This document shows, piece by piece, positions 35,523 to 46,283 of a DNA stretch of 64,000 nucleotides. The position numbers and the translations under genes are program-made. The stretch's first letter is position 1. The number at the start of each line of letters is the position of its first letter. Below the pieces are notes generated by a model. That model was given only the letters and a program-made list of their open reading frames with translations, was not told the DNA's origin and made no database searches. Source of the stretch: Polyangiales bacterium (lineage in GTDB: Bacteria; Myxococcota_A; Polyangia; Polyangiales; Polyangiaceae). The DNA is taken from positions 352,001 to 416,000 of the forward strand of contig JBBRLQ010000002.1 of the NCBI GenBank assembly GCA_038231275.1. The letters are read 5' to 3'.

Positions 35523-37046
35523 ATGGTCTACGTCCCGCCGAACCAGCCCGGCTCGAAGGTGAAGTTCAAGTCCCGCTACGGCAACTACATCGGCGGGGAA
35601 TGGAAAGAGCCGATCAAGGGCCAGTATTTCGAGAACATCTCGCCGGTAAACGGCAAGGCCTTCTGCGAGATCCCGCGCTCGACCGCCGAGGACATCGAGA
35701 AGGCGCTCGACGCCGCGCACGCCGCCAAGGGCAAGTGGGGCAAGACCTCCACCACCGAGCGCGCGAACATCTTGAACAAGATCGCGGACCGCATCGAGGC
35801 GAACCTCGAGATGCTCGCGGTCGCCGAGACGTGGGACAACGGCAAACCCGTCCGCGAGTCCCTCGCCGCCGATCTCCCGCTCTGCGTCGATCACTGGCGC
35901 TACTTCGCGGGCTGCATCCGCGCGCAGGAGGGCACCTCCAGCCAGATCGACGACAACACGGTCGCGTATCACTTCCACGAGCCGCTCGGCGTCGTCGGCC
36001 AAATCATCCCTTGGAACTTCCCCCTCCTCATGGCCACGTGGAAGATGGCCCCGGCCCTCGCGGCGGGCAACTGCGTCGTGCTGAAACCGGCCGAGCAGAC
36101 CCCGGCGTCCATTCTGCTCTTGATGGAGCTCATCGGCGATCTGCTGCCGCCGGGCGTCCTCAACGTCGTGAACGGGTTCGGTGTCGAGGCCGGCAAGCCC
36201 CTCGCATCCTCCAATCGCGTCTCCAAAATCGCGTTCACCGGTGAGACGACCACCGGCCGCCTCATCATGCAGTACGCGTCGGAGAACCTGATCCCGGTCA
36301 CCCTCGAGCTCGGCGGAAAATCGCCGAACATCTTCTTCGAAGACGTCCTCGCGAAGAACGACGCGTTCGTCGAGAAGGCGCTCGAGGGCTTCGGCATGTT
36401 CGCGCTGAACCAGGGCGAGGTCTGCACATGCCCGTCGCGCGTGCTCGTGCAGCAGTCGATTCACGCGCAGTTCATGGAGCGCGCCGTCGAACGCACGAAG
36501 ACGCACGCCGTGCCGGGAAATCCGCTCGATCCGAAGACGACGGTCGGCGCCCAAGCGTCGCGCGATCAGCTCGAGAAGATCCTGAGCTACCTCGACATCG
36601 GCAAGAAGGAGGGCGCCAAGGTCCTCTGCGGCGGCGAGCAAGCCAAGCTCTCGGGCGATCTCGCGGGCGGCTTTTACGTGATGCCGACGGTCTTCGCCGG
36701 TCACAACAAGATGCGCATCTTCCAGGAGGAGATCTTCGGACCGGTGGTCTCGACGACCGCGTTCAAGGATTTCGACGACGCCATCGCGATCGCCAACGAC
36801 ACGCTCTACGGCCTCGGCGCCGGCGTGTGGACGCGCGACGGCTCGCAGGCCTACCGCGCGGGCCGCGCCATCCAGGCGGGTCGCGTGTGGACCAACTGCT
36901 ACCACCTCTACCCCGCAGGCGCGGCGTTCGGCGGCTACAAGCAGTCCGGCATCGGGCGCGAGAACCACGCGATGATGCTCGACCACTACCAGCAGACGAA
37001 GAACCTCCTCGTCAGCTACGACCCGAACCCCATGGGCTTCTTCTGA
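35523..37046 (+). CDS. aldB: Aldehyde dehydrogenase (AldB/ExaC type)
   Basis: [58 protein letters not shown]. Confidence 0.95.
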   Translation: MVYVPPNQPGSKVKFKSRYGNYIGGEWKEPIKGQYFENISPVNGKAFCEIPRSTAEDIEKALDAAHAAKGKWGKTSTTERANILNKIADRIEANLEMLAVAETWDNGKPVRESLAADLPLCVDHWRYFAGCIRAQEGTSSQIDDNTVAYHFHEPLGVVGQIIPWNFPLLMATWKMAPALAAGNCVVLKPAEQTPASILLLMELIGDLLPPGVLNVVNGFGVEAGKPLASSNRVSKIAFTGETTTGRLIMQYASENLIPVTLELGGKSPNIFFEDVLAKNDAFVEKALEGFGMFALNQGEVCTCPSRVLVQQSIHAQFMERAVERTKTHAVPGNPLDPKTTVGAQASRDQLEKILSYLDIGKKEGAKVLCGGEQAKLSGDLAGGFYVMPTVFAGHNKMRIFQEEIFGPVVSTTAFKDFDDAIAIANDTLYGLGAGVWTRDGSQAYRAGRAIQAGRVWTNCYHLYPAGAAFGGYKQSGIGRENHAMMLDHYQQTKNLLVSYDPNPMGFF

Positions 37047-37060
37047 GCGAGGGGTGCGCC

Positions 37061-37459
37061 GTGGCCGACGTCGTTCGACGGGTCGACGTGACCCCCGCCG
37101 CCGCGGCGCTGCTTCGCGAGCTCGCGGCCGAAAATGGACCGCTCCTGTTTCACCAGTCGGGAGGCTGCTGCGACGGGAGCGCGCCCATGTGCTATCCGCG
37201 CAAGGAGTTCAAGATCGGGCAGCGCGACGTGCTGCTCGGCGAGATCGAAGGGTGCCCCTTCTTCATGGGAGGGGCGCAGTTCGAGTACTGGAAGCACACG
37301 CACCTGACGATCGACGTCGTGCCGGGGCGCGGCAGCGGCTTCTCACTGGAGGCGCCGCGCGGCGTCCGGTTCCTCACCCGCTCGCGCGTCTTCGAGGACG
37401 CGGAGATCGCGGCGCTCGAGGCGCAAGGCGCCCCGCCGGTAGGCCCGATCGACGCCTGA
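37061..37459 (+). CDS. DUF779 family protein
   Basis: FHQSGGCCDGSAPMCYP...QFEYWKHT...GRGSGFSLEAP; usual partner of AldB-type genes. Confidence 0.92.
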   Translation: MADVVRRVDVTPAAAALLRELAAENGPLLFHQSGGCCDGSAPMCYPRKEFKIGQRDVLLGEIEGCPFFMGGAQFEYWKHTHLTIDVVPGRGSGFSLEAPRGVRFLTRSRVFEDAEIAALEAQGAPPVGPIDA

Positions 37460-37480
37460 GCGCCACCGCGCGTGGGCAGG

Positions 37481-37867
37481 CTAACGTGCGCGGTCGCGCG
37501 TCGGTACCGGGTCTTCCTTTATCCGGTAGGCGCGGCCTCGGATGCTCACGATCGTCCGCCCGCTGAAATCCCAGGCGAGCGACGCGGTCGCGTCGTCGAC
37601 GCTCACGAAGCGCGCGTGGATCTCGGCGGCGCGGTTGCGCAGCATATGGCGCGCCGTGACCGTCGCCTCGCGGCCGCTCCCGCCGATCGCCTGCACGTTG
37701 AGCTCCTGGAACGACTCGTAGATGTCCGCGCTCGGCGTCTCGGTGAGGATCTCGACGTCCTCGGCGGCCGCCGTGAGGGCGACGTTCGCGGGCGGCATCT
37801 CCCAGCAGCCGGCGCCGAGCGCGGACAGTGGCAGTGCGAGCGCGAGCAGGATCGAACCTAGACGCAT
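37481..37867 (-). CDS. Small hypothetical lipoprotein
   Basis: Lipobox GAGC; LRNRAAE...GRAYR pattern; AAGGA upstream. Confidence 0.7.
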   Translation of the reverse strand: MRLGSILLALALPLSALGAGCWEMPPANVALTAAAEDVEILTETPSADIYESFQELNVQAIGGSGREATVTARHMLRNRAAEIHARFVSVDDATASLAWDFSGRTIVSIRGRAYRIKEDPVPTRDRAR

Positions 37868-37926
37868 GGTACCGCCGCCATCCTTCCACCCCCTGCATCC
37901 CACGTCCAGATCGCGGCGGTCTTGCC

Positions 37927-38784
37927 TCACGTGAAGCCTAGCGCGGCGTCGGGCGACGCCATCGCGTCGATCAGCGTTCGGGCCATTTTTCCAGCGTGGT
38001 AGCCGTCCATGACCCTGTGGTCGAACGCCACACCGACCGTGGCCACCCGGCGGACCACGACCGCGCCATCCCGCACGACCGGCGCCTCGCGGACGACGCC
38101 GAGGGTGAGGACGATGGGGACCCGCGACATCTCGACGAGCGGCGCCCACGCGACGGTGATGCCGAAGACGCCGACGTTGGTGACCATGCACGAGCCGAAG
38201 GCGTCGCGTGGAATGCCGAAGCGACTCAGGTTCAAGCCGAGGTCGTAGGAGAGGAGGCCCCCGGCGCGCGTCGCGAGGCCGACCATCGGCGCGGGGAGCT
38301 TCGCGAGCATCGCCGAGCTCCGCGCGGTCTCGGCGTCGCCGCGCGTCCGGAGCCGCTCTGCACGCTCGCGCAGCTCGCGGGCAATCTCCACCGTGCTCTT
38401 CTCGTTCACTGCGCAGATTTTGGCGCCCGCGAGGTTGGCCTCCTTCTTCTTCGCGCCAGCGGGCGACGCGACGCCGGCGTCCTGGTCGAAGAAGGCAACT
38501 TGGAAGAAGACGTCGACCGTCTCGCGCAGCATCAGGCGGCCGCGCGAGACGAAGCCGTTCACCTCGGGATGCTCGGCGATCGCGAGGCCGATCGCGCGCC
38601 CGAGCACGTGCGTGAGGGTGACCTTCTCTCCCGACGCCTCGCGGAGCCGCTCGATGTAGTCGAGCGCCGGCTCGCAATCGAGATCGATCATGCCGTACGC
38701 GGCGGGGCTTCGCGGGGCGCCCCACGCGGAGAGGGCGACCTTGCGCCACGTCGGGAGCGAACGAAGCTCGCGAAACACGCTCAT
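37927..38784 (-). CDS. Stand-alone 2-oxoacid dehydrogenase E2-like acyltransferase catalytic domain
   Basis: VTNVGVFGI, FDHRVMDG; no lipoyl domain. Confidence 0.85.
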   Translation of the reverse strand: MSVFRELRSLPTWRKVALSAWGAPRSPAAYGMIDLDCEPALDYIERLREASGEKVTLTHVLGRAIGLAIAEHPEVNGFVSRGRLMLRETVDVFFQVAFFDQDAGVASPAGAKKKEANLAGAKICAVNEKSTVEIARELRERAERLRTRGDAETARSSAMLAKLPAPMVGLATRAGGLLSYDLGLNLSRFGIPRDAFGSCMVTNVGVFGITVAWAPLVEMSRVPIVLTLGVVREAPVVRDGAVVVRRVATVGVAFDHRVMDGYHAGKMARTLIDAMASPDAALGFT

Positions 38785-38816
38785 GAAGGCGCAGCCTACG
38801 CTAGAAAGGCGTGCCG

Positions 38817-40328
38817 ATGCCCGTCGCGCACCCCGAGCTACGCTCGCCCCTCCTCCGCTTCTTCGCGCTCGCCGAGGGCGCCGGCGCTGCGACGAGGCTC
38901 GTCCACGACGCGAGCGGGTCGCATACGTTCGCCGAAATCGGCGGCGCGGCACGACGCTGCGCGGGTGCCCTCGGATCGCTCGACGGCGCGCGGGTCGCGA
39001 TCCTCGCGTCGCCGGGCGCGGCGTTCCTGGAAGCCTTCTTCGGCGCGCTCGCGGCGGGCGGATGCGTCGTCGTCCTCTCGCCGCTGCATCCGGAAGCGGA
39101 GACCGCCTATTTTTGCGGGGATGCGGGCGTCTCCACGCTCCTCGTGACGCGTGACCTCGAAGCGCGCGTGACCCAGGTCGCCGACGGCCGCCGTGTCTTG
39201 CGCGTGGACGAAGCGCGCACTGCGGCGCCGCTCGAGAGGATTTCGGCGGCGCGCGGGCCCGATGCGGCGCTCCAGCTCTACACGAGCGGGACCACCGGCA
39301 AACCGAAGGGCGCGGTGCTCACACACGAAAACCTCGCCGTGCAGCAGGAGCTCCTCGGCGACGCGTGGGGCTGGCGCGACGGAGACGTCCTCTTGCATGC
39401 CCTTCCGCTTCATCACTTGCACGGCCTCGGGATCGCGCTCCTGACCGCGCTCGGCGCGGGCGCGGGCGTGCGGATGCTCCCAGCGTTCGACGCGACCGCG
39501 ATCTGGGAGGGGATGGCGCGATCGACGGTCGTGATGGGCGTGCCGACGATGTACACGAAGCTCTTCGCCTGCTTCGACGCCGCCGACGAGCCGACGCGCG
39601 CGCGATGGACCGCCGGCGCGCGCGCCCTGCGTCTCGCGACGAGCGGAAGCGCCGCGCTCCCGGTCTCTCTCGGCGAACGATGGCGCGCCCTCACCGGCCG
39701 CTACCCCCTCGAGCGCTTCGGCATGACCGAGATCGGCGTCGGGATGACGAACCCTTTGGACGGCGAGCGCCGCCCCGGTTTCGTGGGCGCTCCGCTGCCG
39801 AGCGTCGAGGCGCGTATCGTCGGCGAGGACGGCAAGGACGCGCCGAGTGGCGAGCTGTGGATCCGGGGCCCCAGCGTATTTTCCGGCTACTGGAGGCGCG
39901 AGGATGCGACGGCCGAGGCGTTCGTGGACGGCTGGTTCCGCACCGGCGACACCGTCACGCGCGAGGACGGCTCCTTCAAGATCCTCGGGCGCACGAGCGT
40001 CGACATCCTGAAGAGCGGCGGCTACAAGCTCTCCGCGCTCGAGATCGAAGAGGTCCTTCGCGAGCACCCCGCCATCGCCGAGGTCGCGGTCATCGGCGTC
40101 CCCGATCCGACCTGGGGCGATCGCGTCGTCGCCTGCGTGCTCGCGCGCGAAGGTCGCGCTTCGGAATGCGCAGAGGACGCGGTGCGCGCGTTCGCCAAGA
40201 CGAAGCTCGCCGCGTACAAGGTACCGAAGAACGTGCTCCTCCTCACCGAGCTCCCGCGCAATGCGGTCGGTAAGGTCGTGAAGCCCGAGCTCGCCAAGCG
40301 CATCGCCGGCCTCGTCCCCACCGAATAG
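38817..40328 (+). CDS. Acyl-CoA synthetase (MatB/ACSF3 malonyl-CoA synthetase-like)
   Basis: YTSGTTGKPKG, LPLHHLHGL, ERFGMTE, WFRTGD, GRTSVDILKSGGYK, LPRNAVGKV. Confidence 0.9.
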   Translation: MPVAHPELRSPLLRFFALAEGAGAATRLVHDASGSHTFAEIGGAARRCAGALGSLDGARVAILASPGAAFLEAFFGALAAGGCVVVLSPLHPEAETAYFCGDAGVSTLLVTRDLEARVTQVADGRRVLRVDEARTAAPLERISAARGPDAALQLYTSGTTGKPKGAVLTHENLAVQQELLGDAWGWRDGDVLLHALPLHHLHGLGIALLTALGAGAGVRMLPAFDATAIWEGMARSTVVMGVPTMYTKLFACFDAADEPTRARWTAGARALRLATSGSAALPVSLGERWRALTGRYPLERFGMTEIGVGMTNPLDGERRPGFVGAPLPSVEARIVGEDGKDAPSGELWIRGPSVFSGYWRREDATAEAFVDGWFRTGDTVTREDGSFKILGRTSVDILKSGGYKLSALEIEEVLREHPAIAEVAVIGVPDPTWGDRVVACVLAREGRASECAEDAVRAFAKTKLAAYKVPKNVLLLTELPRNAVGKVVKPELAKRIAGLVPTE

Positions 40329-40335
40329 GTGGTCT

Positions 40336-41733
40336 CTACACCTTTCGCGTCTGCCAGCGGCCGCGCCGGAAGAGGAGGCCCGCGACCACGCTCTGCATCG
40401 CGTACGCCGCGGTGATGGCGAGGAAGACCCCGCGCGGGCCGAGGCCCACGACCTTCGCGAGGACGACCGCGCACGGGATCTTGAACAGCCAGAACGCGGC
40501 AAAATTCACGACCATCGGCGTCGTCGTGTCGCCCGCGCCGTTGAAGGCCTGGACCGTAACCATCCCGAACGCGAACACGACGAAGCCGATCGCGACGATG
40601 CGCAGGCAGTCGGAGCCGTACGCGACGACCGCCGGATCGGTCGCGAAGAGCACGACGATGACCCCCGGGGCGATCGCGAAGATCGCCCCCACCGGCCCCA
40701 AGAACGCGACGTTGTAGCGCGCGATCGTCCACACCGACGTCTTCGCGCGTTCCGGCTCGCCGGCGCCGAGGTTTTGACCGACGAGCGCCGCCGCCGCCTG
40801 CGCGAGCCCCCACGACGGCAGCAGCGCGAAGATCGCCACGCGCATCGCGATCGTGTAGCCGGCGAGCGCGGCGCTCCCGTACGAGGAGATGATGCGCACC
40901 AGCGCGAGCCAGCTCGCGGTCTCGATGAGCACTTGCCCGGTCGCGGGCGTCGCGAGCTTCACGAGCTCGCCAATGAGCCCGAGTCGCACCGCGACGTGGC
41001 GACGTGCGATCGCGAGGTGCCCGCGCTTCCGCATGAGCATCGCGAGCTGGTAGCCGACCCCGAGCGCGCGGCTGAACGTGGTGGCCACCGCGGCGCCGAC
41101 GACGCCCATCCGCGGGAACGGACCGACGCCGAAAATGAGGCACGGCGCGAGGACGATGTTGACGAGGTTCGCGAGCCAGAGCGACCGCATCGCGATCGCC
41201 GCGTCGCCGACGCTGCGAAATACCGCGTTGACGACGAACAGCAGGAACACCGTGACGCTCCCACCCAGCATCACGGCGGTGTACGTCGAGCCGGTCGACA
41301 CGACCTCGGCGTCCGCGCCCATGAGTCCGAGCAGCCACGGCGACGTCCCGGCCCCAACCACGCCGAGGACCGCCGCCAGCGCGAGGGCGACGAGGATCAC
41401 CTGAACGGCGGCGATGCCCGCGCCGTCCCAGTCCTTCTGCCCCGCGCGACGCGACACGATCGCGGTCGCCGCCGCGGACAATCCCATCGCCAGCGCGTAC
41501 GTCGGCGCCAGCATCGATTCGGTGAGGCCGACCGTCGCGACCGCCGTGGAGCCGAGCTTCGACACGAAGAAGATGTCCACGATGGTGAGCACCGACTCCA
41601 TCGCCATCTCGAGGATGGTCGGCACCGCGAGGAGCACGACGGCGCGCCGGATCGGGATCGTCGTCAGATCCTGCGTCGTGCCGCGGACCGCCTCACGGAG
41701 GATCGCCCAGGTGCTCGAGGTGTCGGTCGTCAT
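40336..41733 (-). CDS. MATE family efflux transporter
   Basis: About 12 TM; VDIFFVSKLG, GVVGAAVAT, VGQNLGAG, GAGDTTTP. Confidence 0.93.
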   Translation of the reverse strand: MTTDTSSTWAILREAVRGTTQDLTTIPIRRAVVLLAVPTILEMAMESVLTIVDIFFVSKLGSTAVATVGLTESMLAPTYALAMGLSAAATAIVSRRAGQKDWDGAGIAAVQVILVALALAAVLGVVGAGTSPWLLGLMGADAEVVSTGSTYTAVMLGGSVTVFLLFVVNAVFRSVGDAAIAMRSLWLANLVNIVLAPCLIFGVGPFPRMGVVGAAVATTFSRALGVGYQLAMLMRKRGHLAIARRHVAVRLGLIGELVKLATPATGQVLIETASWLALVRIISSYGSAALAGYTIAMRVAIFALLPSWGLAQAAAALVGQNLGAGEPERAKTSVWTIARYNVAFLGPVGAIFAIAPGVIVVLFATDPAVVAYGSDCLRIVAIGFVVFAFGMVTVQAFNGAGDTTTPMVVNFAAFWLFKIPCAVVLAKVVGLGPRGVFLAITAAYAMQSVVAGLLFRRGRWQTRKV

Positions 41734-41769
41734 CCGGAAGGCGGCACATCATAGCCCGGAACCTCGGCG

Positions 41770-44325
41770 TCAGAGCTCGGCGCGCACGAGGACGAACTTG
41801 TTGCAGAGTGCACGGTCCGTGATCTCGCGGTACGCGCGCGCGCCGACCTCCGCGCGGAGGCCTCCCGTGCGGTTGTGCTCGGTGACGAAATACATCACCT
41901 TGACCCCCTTCTCGCGCTGCTGCTTCATCCATGCAGTGAACGCGGTGCCCGTCGAGACGAAGGTCGCCGCGCGATTGCCGGAGTAGAACGCCTCGCCCTT
42001 CCAGTTCATCTGGTAGGCGACGAGCGGCTCGGCCTCGTTGACGCGGCTCGTGTAATACGCGGCAATGACGTCGCGCTGACCCCAGTGCGCGGACACCTGG
42101 GTCATGTAGACGTCGAGGCAGAAGACCGCCCACGCGCCGCCGAGCACGAGCGTCGCGATCGCCGCGTACTTTCGGATGCGCGCGACGGCGAGGGCGACGC
42201 CCAGGACCACCGCCGCGCCGCCGAAGAGCGCGATCGTACGACCGTAGTCGAGCGTCTCGGGCCACACGCGCCGGTAGTTGTACGTGAAGAGCTGGAGGAG
42301 TCGGATCGCGCCGGGCGAGCTCGAGCCTGCAGCGGGCAGCGCGAGATCGTGGGCGACGAGCCCGAGGACGCACGCCCCCGCGATCGCCGCGCCACCGAGC
42401 ATCGTACGCTCGTGTACGCGACGACGCGCGCTCGTCCCGTCTTCGCCGCCAGCTCCGTCCGCCGCGCCGAGGACGTGGTCGAGCAGGACCCCTACGAGCA
42501 TCGCGAGCGGCGGCACCGCGGGGAAGATGTAGTGATGGAACTTGGTCCCCATGAACGAGAACAGCGCGAAGCCGATCAGGAACCACATCGCGAGGAACAC
42601 CGATGCGTCGCCGCGCCCGCGGTCGCCGGTGTCCTCGCGACGCAGCCACGCGAGCAGCGCCGCCGGCACGAGGCCGGTCCACGGGAAGACCGCGTACCCG
42701 AGCTGCCACACGTAATAGACGAAGCCGGTGTCGTCGCCCTCGTTGGTGTCGTGGATGTGCCCGACGGTGCGGTTGATCATGTGCTGAAAAATGAGCTGAT
42801 CGGTGAACTGGGCCCCGAGCCGTACGTACATGGCGACGTACCAGGGGAGCGCCACGACGAGGACGACGAGGAGCCCGCTCACCGGCGCGAGGTCGAGGAG
42901 ATCCTTCCACCTCCGCGTCGTCGCAACGTACGCGAGGACGCACCCTGCCGGCAGCACGATCCCCGCCGGCCCTTTGCCGAGCGTCGCGAGCGCCGCGCAG
43001 AGCCACGCGCCGACGCATAGGATCGGGCGGAGCCGGCGCTCGCCGCGGTTCAAGTAGAGGAGGAGGCCGATCGCCGCCGCGCCCACCAGCGCTTGCACGA
43101 GGGGCGGAGCGCCGGTCACCGTCGACGCCACCGTGCGACACGCCTCGTTGCCCGGGACGACGCCGCAGTTGCCCGCAGAGCCGCTGCGAAACATGTCCGC
43201 GTGGAGCCGAAATCCGTACGGACCGCTTCCATGGAGGACGAGCTCCACGTTGCGCGACGCAAGGTAGAGGAGCTGTGGCAACGCGCAGACGAGGACGCCG
43301 CCGAAGACGAGGTGCCACGCTGACACCCCAAAGGCGAGCCTCCCGACGCGAACGCGATGGACCCGCGCGACGAGCTCGCGGTCGGTGTGGAGCGCAAGGA
43401 GCAAGAGCCCCATCGCCGCCGACATCGCGGCTACGAACGGCATGTCGGTCATCGTCTGGTGCGCGAGGAAGAGCCAGTCGGGCATCGTCATGAGCACCAC
43501 TGCCCCGAGCGCACCCGCGCGACGGCCGAACACCTTCGCCACGCCCTTGTAGAGGAGGTAGAGCCCCGCGATCGCGAACAGCACGTTCGGCGCGCGCACG
43601 ACCCACTCCGGCCGCGCGACGTGACCAGCTGCGCCGAGGAGCATCTCTCCCGGCGCGTACCCGGTGCCGAGCGACGCCATCGCGAGCGACTGCATCCAGA
43701 ACGTGAGGACCGGCTTCGAGAGGAACCACCCCTCTTGCACCCACCAGAGCGAGATCCAATCGTCGCGCGACAGGATCTCGCGCGAGACCTCGCCGTAGTG
43801 CGTCTCCCACGGATCCCAGAGCGATCCGGCGCCGAGGGCCGGCAGATAGAGGAGGGACGCGGCGACCACGATCCAGAAGCCGTGACGGCGGTGGAGCGGT
43901 CGCGCAGCGCCGGTCTCGTCGGTCGCCCAAGGCCCGAGCGTCTCCCCTGCGCGATAGAGCGCGACGACGAATGCAAGGAACGTCGCGGTGACGAGCGCGC
44001 CGCACGCCCACGTCGGACCGATCCCGGTCTGCGCGAACGCCAGCGAACCTGCGAACGCGAGGGAGAGTCCCAGGACGGCGGCGAGGCGCGGCGCGAGGCG
44101 ACGAAGCGTGGTCTCGGACGCGGCCTCTTCGTCGGATGCATCGAACGATCCGACGAGATCCATCACGCCCCACACCGCCACGAGGACGCACACCAGCCCC
44201 AGCGGGACACCCCACCGCAGTCGGCCATTCTGCGCCATGAGCACAAACGCCCCGAACGCGCCGAGCCCCGCCACGAGCCCACCTCGGCGCAGGTGGAGCG
44301 GCCGCTTCCCAAGCAAGTTCCCCAT
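41770..44325 (-). CDS. ArnT/PMT (GT39/GT83-like) membrane glycosyltransferase
   Basis: LWDPWETHYGEVSRE, SKPVLTFW, DMPF, LGKG, TKFHHYIFP; many TMs; start uncertain. Confidence 0.88.
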   Translation of the reverse strand: MGNLLGKRPLHLRRGGLVAGLGAFGAFVLMAQNGRLRWGVPLGLVCVLVAVWGVMDLVGSFDASDEEAASETTLRRLAPRLAAVLGLSLAFAGSLAFAQTGIGPTWACGALVTATFLAFVVALYRAGETLGPWATDETGAARPLHRRHGFWIVVAASLLYLPALGAGSLWDPWETHYGEVSREILSRDDWISLWWVQEGWFLSKPVLTFWMQSLAMASLGTGYAPGEMLLGAAGHVARPEWVVRAPNVLFAIAGLYLLYKGVAKVFGRRAGALGAVVLMTMPDWLFLAHQTMTDMPFVAAMSAAMGLLLLALHTDRELVARVHRVRVGRLAFGVSAWHLVFGGVLVCALPQLLYLASRNVELVLHGSGPYGFRLHADMFRSGSAGNCGVVPGNEACRTVASTVTGAPPLVQALVGAAAIGLLLYLNRGERRLRPILCVGAWLCAALATLGKGPAGIVLPAGCVLAYVATTRRWKDLLDLAPVSGLLVVLVVALPWYVAMYVRLGAQFTDQLIFQHMINRTVGHIHDTNEGDDTGFVYYVWQLGYAVFPWTGLVPAALLAWLRREDTGDRGRGDASVFLAMWFLIGFALFSFMGTKFHHYIFPAVPPLAMLVGVLLDHVLGAADGAGGEDGTSARRRVHERTMLGGAAIAGACVLGLVAHDLALPAAGSSSPGAIRLLQLFTYNYRRVWPETLDYGRTIALFGGAAVVLGVALAVARIRKYAAIATLVLGGAWAVFCLDVYMTQVSAHWGQRDVIAAYYTSRVNEAEPLVAYQMNWKGEAFYSGNRAATFVSTGTAFTAWMKQQREKGVKVMYFVTEHNRTGGLRAEVGARAYREITDRALCNKFVLVRAEL

Positions 44326-44377
44326 CCCGCGCAGAACGCCGGCGCGGCGAGACCGATTCCACATTACTCTCCCGCCC

Positions 44378-45247
44378 ATGTTGTCCCGCCGTACCCAAGC
44401 CGCCGTCCTCGTCCTCACCGCAACGGTGGCGTGTGGCTCGACCAAGCAGGGCTTCACGGACGGGGACGGCGGCGATCAGGGTGGAGGCTCTTCAGGCACG
44501 TCAGGCGCCATCGGTGACGGCGGCACGTTCAACGACGACGTCCACGTCTCCCCTCCGAACCTCGTCGCCGAGGTCTACGGGCACAGCGCTGATACGCTCT
44601 ACCGCCTCGATCCGAACACCAAGGCGGTGACGACGATCGGCGCATTCAACGGGTGCAGTAGCGTCATCGACATCGCGATCGACGCCACGTCGCGCCTCTT
44701 CGGGACCACGTCGACGTCGCTCTACGCGATCGACAAAGGCACCGCCAAGTGCACGCACGTCGCGAGCGGCTCGTACCCCAACTCGCTCTCGTTCGTCCCC
44801 AAGGGGACCGTCGACGCGAACGTCGAGGCCCTCGTCGGCTACGAAGGCAGCGACTATGTCCGCATCGACCCGAGCACCGGCGCGAAGATCACGATCGGCT
44901 CGCTCGGCCAGGGGCTCACGTCGAGCGGCGACATCGTCTCGGTGAAGGGCGGCCCCACCTACCTCACCGTCAAAGGCAACGGCTGCTCCGACTGCCTCGT
45001 CGAGGTCGACCCGAAGAACGGCGCGATGCTCAAGAACTGGGGCTCGGTGAAGCACGCCAACGTCTTCGGCCTCGCGTTCTGGGCCGGCAGCGTCTACGGC
45101 TTCGACGACGCGGGGGATCTCTTCGAGGTCACCGTCGCCAGCGGCACGCTCGCGACGAAGGCGATCGCGATCCCGGGCGGCACGAGCGGCCTCTCCTTCT
45201 GGGGCGCGGGCTCGACGACGAGCGCGCCGGTCGTCCCGACCAAATAG
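44378..45247 (+). CDS. Beta-propeller-like lipoprotein
   Basis: Lipobox TVAC; repeated (R/E)xDPxTG blades; C-terminal FWGAGSTT. Confidence 0.8.
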   Translation: MLSRRTQAAVLVLTATVACGSTKQGFTDGDGGDQGGGSSGTSGAIGDGGTFNDDVHVSPPNLVAEVYGHSADTLYRLDPNTKAVTTIGAFNGCSSVIDIAIDATSRLFGTTSTSLYAIDKGTAKCTHVASGSYPNSLSFVPKGTVDANVEALVGYEGSDYVRIDPSTGAKITIGSLGQGLTSSGDIVSVKGGPTYLTVKGNGCSDCLVEVDPKNGAMLKNWGSVKHANVFGLAFWAGSVYGFDDAGDLFEVTVASGTLATKAIAIPGGTSGLSFWGAGSTTSAPVVPTK

Positions 45248-45355
45248 TCGACCATCTTTTCCGAGGAAGCTTTCTGGGGGCGGCCGCGTAAGTTCGCGCC
45301 GGGCGGCATCCATTCCGTCCGCTTTGCGTTCCACGTTCGTCGAAAGGTCCCGACC

Positions 45356-46246
45356 ATGCTCCGAACGAGCTCTCTCGTCACCGCCGCCATTCTCTCCGCG
45401 ATCGGCTTCGCGTCGCTCGCCGCCGGGTGCAAGAGCACATCGACGACGACGGAACCCCGGAAGTCCAGCAAGGGCGAGGTCTGCCAGACCACCAACGACT
45501 GCGCCGACGGCCTCGACTGCGTCCCGCGCGCGAACCAGCCGGGCGGCCTCTGCGTGAAGGGCGAGTTCAACGTCACGCCGACTGCCAAAGAGTGCGCGGT
45601 CATCCAGTGCGCCCAGCCGGTCGACTGCTGCCCGACGGTGCCGCAAGGAATCGACTGCACCCAGCTCAACTCCGAGTGCCAGCAGTTCGGCCCGACGTCG
45701 TCGTACTGCACCGAGTACAAGAGCTACTGCGCGTGCGACGGCTCGAAGTACGCGTGTACGAACGGCTCGTGCCAGTCCATCTGCGCGACCGCCACCGACT
45801 GCGGCGGCGGCACCACGTTCCAATGCACGAACGGCAAATGCGTGCAGTGCTCGAACGACTCGCAATGCAACAACGGCAACGTGTGCAGCGACGTCGGCCA
45901 GTGCGTCCCGCCGTGCAAGACGGACACGGACTGCTCGGCGTTCAACCGCTGCGCAGCCGGCCACTGCACCTCGGCGGGCGGCTGCCAGAGCGATCGCGAG
46001 TGCATCGCGTCGACCAAGAACGTGACTGCGACCTGCGCCAAGGACGGCACCTGCGTCGTCCCCTGCCAGAGCGATCTCGAGTGCGGCAACCCCGAGGAGT
46101 ACCGGTTCTACTCGTGCATCTCGAACCAGTGCATCTACGTCGGGTGCGCGTCCGACAAGGAGTGCCAGCTCTACCTCGGCGCCGCCGGCGGCGGGGGCGG
46201 CGGCAAGCACCAGCAGATCGTCTGCCGCGACAAGGCGACGAAGTAG
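45356..46246 (+). CDS. Cys-rich repeat lipoprotein
   Basis: Lipobox AAGC; tandem CxxDxxC....C..G.C repeats. Confidence 0.85.
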   Translation: MLRTSSLVTAAILSAIGFASLAAGCKSTSTTTEPRKSSKGEVCQTTNDCADGLDCVPRANQPGGLCVKGEFNVTPTAKECAVIQCAQPVDCCPTVPQGIDCTQLNSECQQFGPTSSYCTEYKSYCACDGSKYACTNGSCQSICATATDCGGGTTFQCTNGKCVQCSNDSQCNNGNVCSDVGQCVPPCKTDTDCSAFNRCAAGHCTSAGGCQSDRECIASTKNVTATCAKDGTCVVPCQSDLECGNPEEYRFYSCISNQCIYVGCASDKECQLYLGAAGGGGGGKHQQIVCRDKATK

Positions 46247-46283
46247 TCGCGACCGCGAAGGCCCGCCGTCAGGATGGGATTTT

